Assembly: GCA_964643995.1 (NCBI GenBank)
Contig: CAZXUJ010000001.1
Location: 141,795 to 205,794 of the forward strand
Direction of reading: 5' to 3'
DNA length: 64,000 bases
DNA from: an uncultured Candidatus Saccharibacteria bacterium
Lineage (GTDB): Bacteria; Patescibacteriota; WWE3; UBA101185; UBA10185
This document shows positions 58,935 to 64,000 of the stretch, piece by piece. The notes under the pieces were generated by a model that was not told where the DNA came from, did no database searches, and was given only the letters and a program-made list of their open reading frames with translations. The translations under genes and the position numbers were made by a program. The first letter of the stretch is position 1; every line of letters begins with the position of its first letter.

Positions 58935-61929
58935 TTTGATCAGATAACTTTACTATCTCAAGTTGTATTCCCTGAATTCTGTTAGCATCTTCGAATGACA
59001 TAGGTTTAGTAGCTTTATCCTCTATTTTGCGGATTTCTCTTTGCAAATTGTTTACTAATGCTAAATCAAGTTCCTTAAGCGAAGGCATATAACCAAGGAC
59101 CCATTCGTCGCGACGTGCTTTCATCTCGATACTAGGATTACTTTCTTGAAATTTTCTGAGTCTACTTTCCTTTGTTATAAAGACCAAGTTCTCATTGTAA
59201 TTCGCATCCTCAAACTTGTCTTGGAGTGGGCCAAAATCTACAACCTCGAATGGTCCATCAGAATAAAAAAGCAATAGTGGGAGTTCTATCCTGTCGGCAA
59301 ACAGAGTTTCCTCATTACCATAAAGTTTATCCTTCTCCTTAATGAGCTCGGCCTGTTTATAAGTTAAGTCATCTGTATAGACTAGATCTTTGTTAGCCAC
59401 TAAATACAACAAATTCACAATGATAACTACATAAAGCAAAAAAACTTTTTTTACAGCACTTTTCAGAGCGGTTGCTCGGATAATTCTTTCTATGAACACA
59501 CCAACGATCAATGCAAGAAATGGATAGACAGGAATGATATACCATACCAATTTTGAGGCAGAAATGGAAAAAAAACCAAATATAGCTATAGCAGCTACAA
59601 CTACGAACCAGTCTTTTCTATAGCTGTTAAGTTTAAATGGAGTGTTTTGTATTATGTATTGTCTTACACGTGTTACCAAAGCAAACAGGCTGATAGGAAA
59701 TGCGGCCAACAAAGCTACGAACCATAAGCGCATACTTACCTTTAGTACTACTAAATACCAGTAGATTGGACGACCCTTGTCTTCAATCCCCTCAGTAGCC
59801 CTTCTCAGGACATGATAACCAATATAAGTCTTGAAAAACGAGATACCGTGCTGTTGGAGCATTATCAGGTGCCAAGGGAGAAAAATCACGGCACTCGATA
59901 GAAGGAAAAGCAAAGTGTTATTAATCAGATTACTCTCGAGTTTCTTCTTACCAGAGAATATTAGAGTTGCCTGATGTGCCAAGATAACAAGCAGAGGAAG
60001 AAAACCAACTATACCCTTGGTCATAACTGCAAGTCCCATGGATAATCCGGAAATTACCCAAAAACTTTTCTTAAGATCCTCCTCAGCATGCCAGTAAAAA
60101 TATATAGATAAAGTAGTGAAAAATGTCAGTGTTACATCAAGCATACCAATTCTGGAATAGTAAAGAAATTGAAAAGTTGTAAGTAAAACAAACGCAGACA
60201 AAAAACCTACAGTTCTGTTGTATAACCTCTTGCCAAACAAATAAACCGTCATAACAGTACCTAGACCAAAAATTGCTGAGGGCAACCGCACTGCCCACTC
60301 GCTTACACCCACCAAATGCATTAACCCAGAAACTAACCACATATACAAAGGAGGCTTTTCAAACCAAAGTTCCCCCGGCCACCAATGTAATGTAAAGTAC
60401 TCACCAGTTGTAAAAATGTTCTTGGCTATCTTCGCATAGATTGCCTCGTCCCAAGGAATTAAGTGAGTACTCCCCAAACCTGCAAAGATTAGAAAAAATC
60501 CTAATGCAAAGATAGTAAGAAAAGTTAATTTCGATGATCTTGAATAAAAAGTAACAATGTTTTCAATCATGAATTTATTTTTCAAAACGGATACACCATA
60601 CGAAAAATAAAAGACAAATATTAACCAAAAAAACTCACTTTTGTATGAATAGAATATGCCAGCTATCAACCAACCTACTACGGTAGATCCCATCGCTGTG
60701 GTTAACAACTGTTCTTTGCGGCTTGTAAGATGGAATGAACCATAAAATAAAGTACCAAGAATTACAAAGATTAACATTACAAATGCAGACATCCCAAGCA
60801 GCCCAGTTTCCGATAATTGTTCACCCCAAATAGTGTGTGCAGGAACCCGTGTGTTAAGAGCTGCAGGGTCTCTACCAAAATAAACCGTTGAGATCTCAGT
60901 TTTACTGAAGTGTTCGAAAAATCCTCCATACCCACCGCCGAGGACCGGATATTTCTCAAACACCTGCCAAGTCCCCTGTAGTAAAAGTATGTGAGAGTCG
61001 AAGGAGTCCAATCTGTAATGAAAATAGTTCTTTACCCTTGCACGAAAAGGACTTGATTTAATACTATACTCATATGCTAAAGGTATTGAAATCAATACAA
61101 ACAACCCAAATAGAAATGCTATTCCCTTGAACTTGAACTTTTGGAAAAATATCACACTCACGAAGGTTACAAACGAAAAAAATGAAATCATCCACGCAGT
61201 ACGGGAATTTGTTAGAACTAGCACAATCAACAAAACAGCAAAAATCAAGGAATTAACAACACGTTTTTTCCATGGACCCTCAACCAAAATTAGAATCCCC
61301 AAAACAGGAAGTAAACCAGCCAGAAAGGCACCATAATGATTCACATCCCAGAAAACTGAACCGACCCTAGCCAAATGGCCTGGCACGCTCCACAAAGCAC
61401 CTATTGTTATGCCAGTGGTGTTGTAAAGAAACAACTGAAAAAATCCAAACAGACATGTCAAAAAAGCTAACACTATAAAAAACTTTATGAAATGTAACAC
61501 CTCATTCGGTTTCTCACGTAATTGAAAATATAAATATGTACCAACTAAAAACACACTTGAAAAAAACCCATACAAAAACAGACTGGATGTTAGGTTCTTG
61601 GTGAAGACTATAGATATCCCCTGAATTAACCATAGAAGAAAAAAAGAAACAAAAAACGGATCATGAAATACAAAATAGAGATCTTCGATCAACTTATCTT
61701 TTGGTTTCTTCTTCAAAGCATCTATAAGTACTTTGAAAACAATGAAAACACTAAAAGACACCATTACTAAGCGTGCGGGGAGAATATCCCATCTATAAAT
61801 ACTAAAGACCTCTTTATGTAAAAGAAGTGAGGTAATCATCAAAAGATAAACTGCAAAACGAAAGTCTTTTCTTATCAATAGAAAGCTAAATGCAAATATT
61901 AAAGGTATGAGAAATAATTCTAAGCTCAT
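58900..61929 (-). CDS. Fusion protein: N-terminal O-antigen ligase/polymerase-like (Wzy_C) domain plus C-terminal GT-C ArnT/PMT-like glycosyltransferase domain.
   Basis: N-half: TNSRTAW and HSHILLLQ...GGGYGGF, a Wzy_C loop. C-half: LIPWDEAIYAKIAKNI....WFEKPPLYMW, the GT39/GT83 DE motif. A single uninterrupted 1009-codon frame. Confidence 0.65.
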   Translation of the reverse strand: MSLELFLIPLIFAFSFLLIRKDFRFAVYLLMITSLLLHKEVFSIYRWDILPARLVMVSFSVFIVFKVLIDALKKKPKDKLIEDLYFVFHDPFFVSFFLLWLIQGISIVFTKNLTSSLFLYGFFSSVFLVGTYLYFQLREKPNEVLHFIKFFIVLAFLTCLFGFFQLFLYNTTGITIGALWSVPGHLARVGSVFWDVNHYGAFLAGLLPVLGILILVEGPWKKRVVNSLIFAVLLIVLVLTNSRTAWMISFFSFVTFVSVIFFQKFKFKGIAFLFGLFVLISIPLAYEYSIKSSPFRARVKNYFHYRLDSFDSHILLLQGTWQVFEKYPVLGGGYGGFFEHFSKTEISTVYFGRDPAALNTRVPAHTIWGEQLSETGLLGMSAFVMLIFVILGTLFYGSFHLTSRKEQLLTTAMGSTVVGWLIAGIFYSYKSEFFWLIFVFYFSYGVSVLKNKFMIENIVTFYSRSSKLTFLTIFALGFFLIFAGLGSTHLIPWDEAIYAKIAKNIFTTGEYFTLHWWPGELWFEKPPLYMWLVSGLMHLVGVSEWAVRLPSAIFGLGTVMTVYLFGKRLYNRTVGFLSAFVLLTTFQFLYYSRIGMLDVTLTFFTTLSIYFYWHAEEDLKKSFWVISGLSMGLAVMTKGIVGFLPLLVILAHQATLIFSGKKKLESNLINNTLLFLLSSAVIFLPWHLIMLQQHGISFFKTYIGYHVLRRATEGIEDKGRPIYWYLVVLKVSMRLWFVALLAAFPISLFALVTRVRQYIIQNTPFKLNSYRKDWFVVVAAIAIFGFFSISASKLVWYIIPVYPFLALIVGVFIERIIRATALKSAVKKVFLLYVVIIVNLLYLVANKDLVYTDDLTYKQAELIKEKDKLYGNEETLFADRIELPLLLFYSDGPFEVVDFGPLQDKFEDANYNENLVFITKESRLRKFQESNPSIEMKARRDEWVLGYMPSLKELDLALVNNLQREIRKIEDKATKPMSFEDANRIQGIQLEIVKLSDQITLKSAEAAIE

Positions 61930-61931
61930 AA

Positions 61932-63074
61932 TTAAAAACCATTCTTAAGAAGAAGATCATAAATCTCCTTAGTGCTCTTCGCAGCATTCCCCCATGTATA
62001 ATCTAACACATCTTGAGATACTTTATCTGGACGTGGGGCAAAATACTCTGTTTCGATTGCTTTGGCTATGGATACAACACTTGCTGGGTCACAATAGGAA
62101 ACGTTTTCGCCAAGGTATTCGCTCGCGCGACTGCCTGAAGCTACAGCATTTGTACCACAAAACAATGCTTCAAGACTAGTTAGTCCGGTAGTTTCAAACC
62201 AACTTGCCGAAACCCCCACTTTAGCAAACTTAAGATAGTATGGAATCTCAGAGTAAGGCACTGCGGGTATATGGGTAATCCAAGAACATCTCTTTAAATA
62301 TTGATTAAATTTGCCTACGTATTCAAAGTGCTTTTTGGTGCTTTTTTTGCCAATAAAAACGAGTTTTAGATCTTTCTTATGTTTTTTTCTCAGCTTTTCC
62401 ACAGCTTCAATTATTTTTAGCTGGTTTTTTCGGGCTTCAATGCGGCCGATACAAATTATATAGTCCTCAAACGGTAATCTATTGGCGGCACGATCAATTT
62501 GGGTAGCATCAAAGAACTGCTCCCCTACTCCATTTACAACTTTTCTCCATCTGAAATCTACGTTATATAAACTCTTTAAATCTTGTGCTTCTCTAGATGT
62601 CTGAACCAAAATCATATCGGCATTCTGTAGAACATACCTTTGCATATTTTTTAGGCCAACGACTAGACTAACTACTGTAGGAAAAAGAAATCTACGATCA
62701 AAGATAGATCGATATACATTCTTGAAAGTATCTCGGTGAAATTGGTTTTTGAATAGTAGTTTAGAAATACGCCTAAAATCAAATACATACTCGGTATCAA
62801 ACCTAGATACCTCGTCGATGTTGTGGTGTATTGGAGATAAAACTAAAGTCTTCTTGGCTTTTTTGGCCTTTTTCGCATATAAATATGTTTCGGGGATCCA
62901 ATCTAGCTGAAAAAGGTGAACGATATCATAGTTAGAGTAGTCTACATTAAACCCCGGAATTATATCCACAGACAAGCCAAGCTTAGACAGCTCTGCAGCA
63001 GTATTTTCGATCTGCACTCGATCGCCTCCCCCAACCTCTAGCAGATCAAGTTTACCTTGCATTAGTACTTTCAT
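61932..63074 (-). CDS. GT4 family glycosyltransferase.
   Basis: GT-B fold with a C-terminal ETTGLTSLEALFCGTNAV block. Confidence 0.65.
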   Translation of the reverse strand: MKVLMQGKLDLLEVGGGDRVQIENTAAELSKLGLSVDIIPGFNVDYSNYDIVHLFQLDWIPETYLYAKKAKKAKKTLVLSPIHHNIDEVSRFDTEYVFDFRRISKLLFKNQFHRDTFKNVYRSIFDRRFLFPTVVSLVVGLKNMQRYVLQNADMILVQTSREAQDLKSLYNVDFRWRKVVNGVGEQFFDATQIDRAANRLPFEDYIICIGRIEARKNQLKIIEAVEKLRKKHKKDLKLVFIGKKSTKKHFEYVGKFNQYLKRCSWITHIPAVPYSEIPYYLKFAKVGVSASWFETTGLTSLEALFCGTNAVASGSRASEYLGENVSYCDPASVVSIAKAIETEYFAPRPDKVSQDVLDYTWGNAAKSTKEIYDLLLKNGF

Positions 63075-64000
63075 AAGGTTTTGTACAAATTTTCGTAATT
63101 AGTTATAAATTTCTCCATCGAATACTCCGCTAATACAAAATCTCGACCAGTTTGTACTTTCTGAAAAGCTTTCTGATAGTCATTATAAATGTTAAGCATA
63201 GAGTTATGAATAGCCTCAACTGAGCCAGTCTGGAAATATTCGAAAACAAAATCACGACCGACCTCCTTCAGTACAGGTAAATCAGAACAGACAACCGGTA
63301 TTTTCATCGCGAGGGCTTCAATCAATACCAGCCCGAAACCTTCACTCAAAGTTGGGAAAACGTAAACATCCAAAGAGTTGTATAGTTTCACATGATCTTC
63401 GTCAGGAAACGTTCCAGTTACACAAACATTATTTTCAAGTTTCAAACGATGAATTTGTGCTAAAACCTCCTCTTGCAACTCGCCTTTACCAGCTAAGAGT
63501 AAATAAACCCTATCTGACAAATCTGGGTGTTGCTTGAGTAAAAGATCGAAAGCATTTATTAACAAGTCAGTACCCTTGTTCTGAGAAAGACGGCTCAAAT
63601 TGCCAAAAACAAATGCATCAGTTGGGAATCTATACTTCTGCGACATTTCGGATCTATGTAAATTTTTATCGTACTTCGTAGGATCAAACTTAGTCGACTG
63701 AAAACCATTAGGTACTACTACTAACTTTTGGGCAGGTATTCCCTCACAAACTTTTGTATGTTTAATCGATTCGGTAAGCGCAACTTCTTTCGTGGCTAAA
63801 AACCTAACTGCGAATGAGTAACAAAATGTATATATTTTTTTCTTTAAATTCGAAACTGGCCACATGGATAAAGGTGTGTGAATATGGGAAATGCGTATAC
63901 GTGTACCGACAATAAAACCAGCTATTAAAGAATTTGCCACAGCACGCAGCTCATGAGAATGTATAATCTCAATCTGATTCTTTTTGAGAAATTTTACAAG
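63071..64000 (-). CDS. GT4 family glycosyltransferase, 5' end beyond the window.
   Basis: The EGFGLVLIEALA motif is present. The frame stays open upstream of the GTG listed at 63940 (..KFLKKNQIEIIHSHELRAVANS..) to the window edge, so the gene is partial. Confidence 0.6.
   Translation of the reverse strand, partial: LVKFLKKNQIEIIHSHELRAVANSLIAGFIVGTRIRISHIHTPLSMWPVSNLKKKIYTFCYSFAVRFLATKEVALTESIKHTKVCEGIPAQKLVVVPNGFQSTKFDPTKYDKNLHRSEMSQKYRFPTDAFVFGNLSRLSQNKGTDLLINAFDLLLKQHPDLSDRVYLLLAGKGELQEEVLAQIHRLKLENNVCVTGTFPDEDHVKLYNSLDVYVFPTLSEGFGLVLIEALAMKIPVVCSDLPVLKEVGRDFVFEYFQTGSVEAIHNSMLNIYNDYQKAFQKVQTGRDFVLAEYSMEKFITNYENLYKTL

Noticed and set aside
1-64000. Mobile elements, integrases, transposases, CRISPR repeats, toxin-antitoxin pairs, restriction-modification or other defence systems.
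   Set aside because: No spaced direct-repeat arrays were seen. No transposase, integrase or recombinase motifs appeared in any frame. The SAM methyltransferase at 48544 has no adjacent endonuclease. YraN is the conserved housekeeping family, not a restriction enzyme.

Overview
The window is a low-GC (about 38%), gene-dense bacterial chromosomal segment. Almost all of it is coding, with frequent 1-4 bp start/stop overlaps and several convergent gene-end overlaps. This style suggests a reduced-genome bacterium (Patescibacteria/CPR-like), but no taxonomy can be assigned from sequence alone.

Three blocks are visible:
- 1-5150: a surface-glycan locus. It holds a Wzy/WaaL-like ligase, a Wzx flippase, a clan GH-A hydrolase and a GH18 hydrolase.
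- 5150-52830: core genes.
  - lepB, rpmA, rplU, a type-2 ileS, class I nrdAB with two ATP cones, and secG.
  - A split division/cell-wall cluster: murA-mraY-ftsW-murG-ftsQ-ftsA-ftsZ in one place and mraZ-rsmH-ftsL-ftsI in another, with no Mur ligases in either.
  - A dense DNA-repair set: uvrC, uvrA, uvrB, lexA, dinB, recO.
  - ppsA-eno, a PGAM-like phosphatase, a minimal two-component pair, LCP, class A and B PBPs, glyQS, yraN.
- 52840-64000: a second glycan locus. It holds DUF4012, a PglC-like initiating transferase, five GT4s, a flippase, and a 1009-aa fusion of a Wzy_C domain to a GT-C (ArnT/PMT-like) domain.

No rRNA, tRNA, CRISPR array, transposase or integrase was found.

The most interesting signal is a recurring 11-bp-periodic direct repeat, TTYGG-N6-TTYGG. 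It overlaps the promoters of lexA, uvrA, uvrB and a leaderless small-ORF-dinB operon. I read it as a candidate lineage-specific direct-repeat SOS box.

Other leads:
- a GC-rich 90-bp island, possibly a structured RNA, upstream of a surface transglutaminase operon that sits between uvrC and uvrA;
- a membrane protein carrying a LytR_C domain;
- MraZ-box-like direct repeats;
- lysine-rich C-terminal tails on PpsA and L21.
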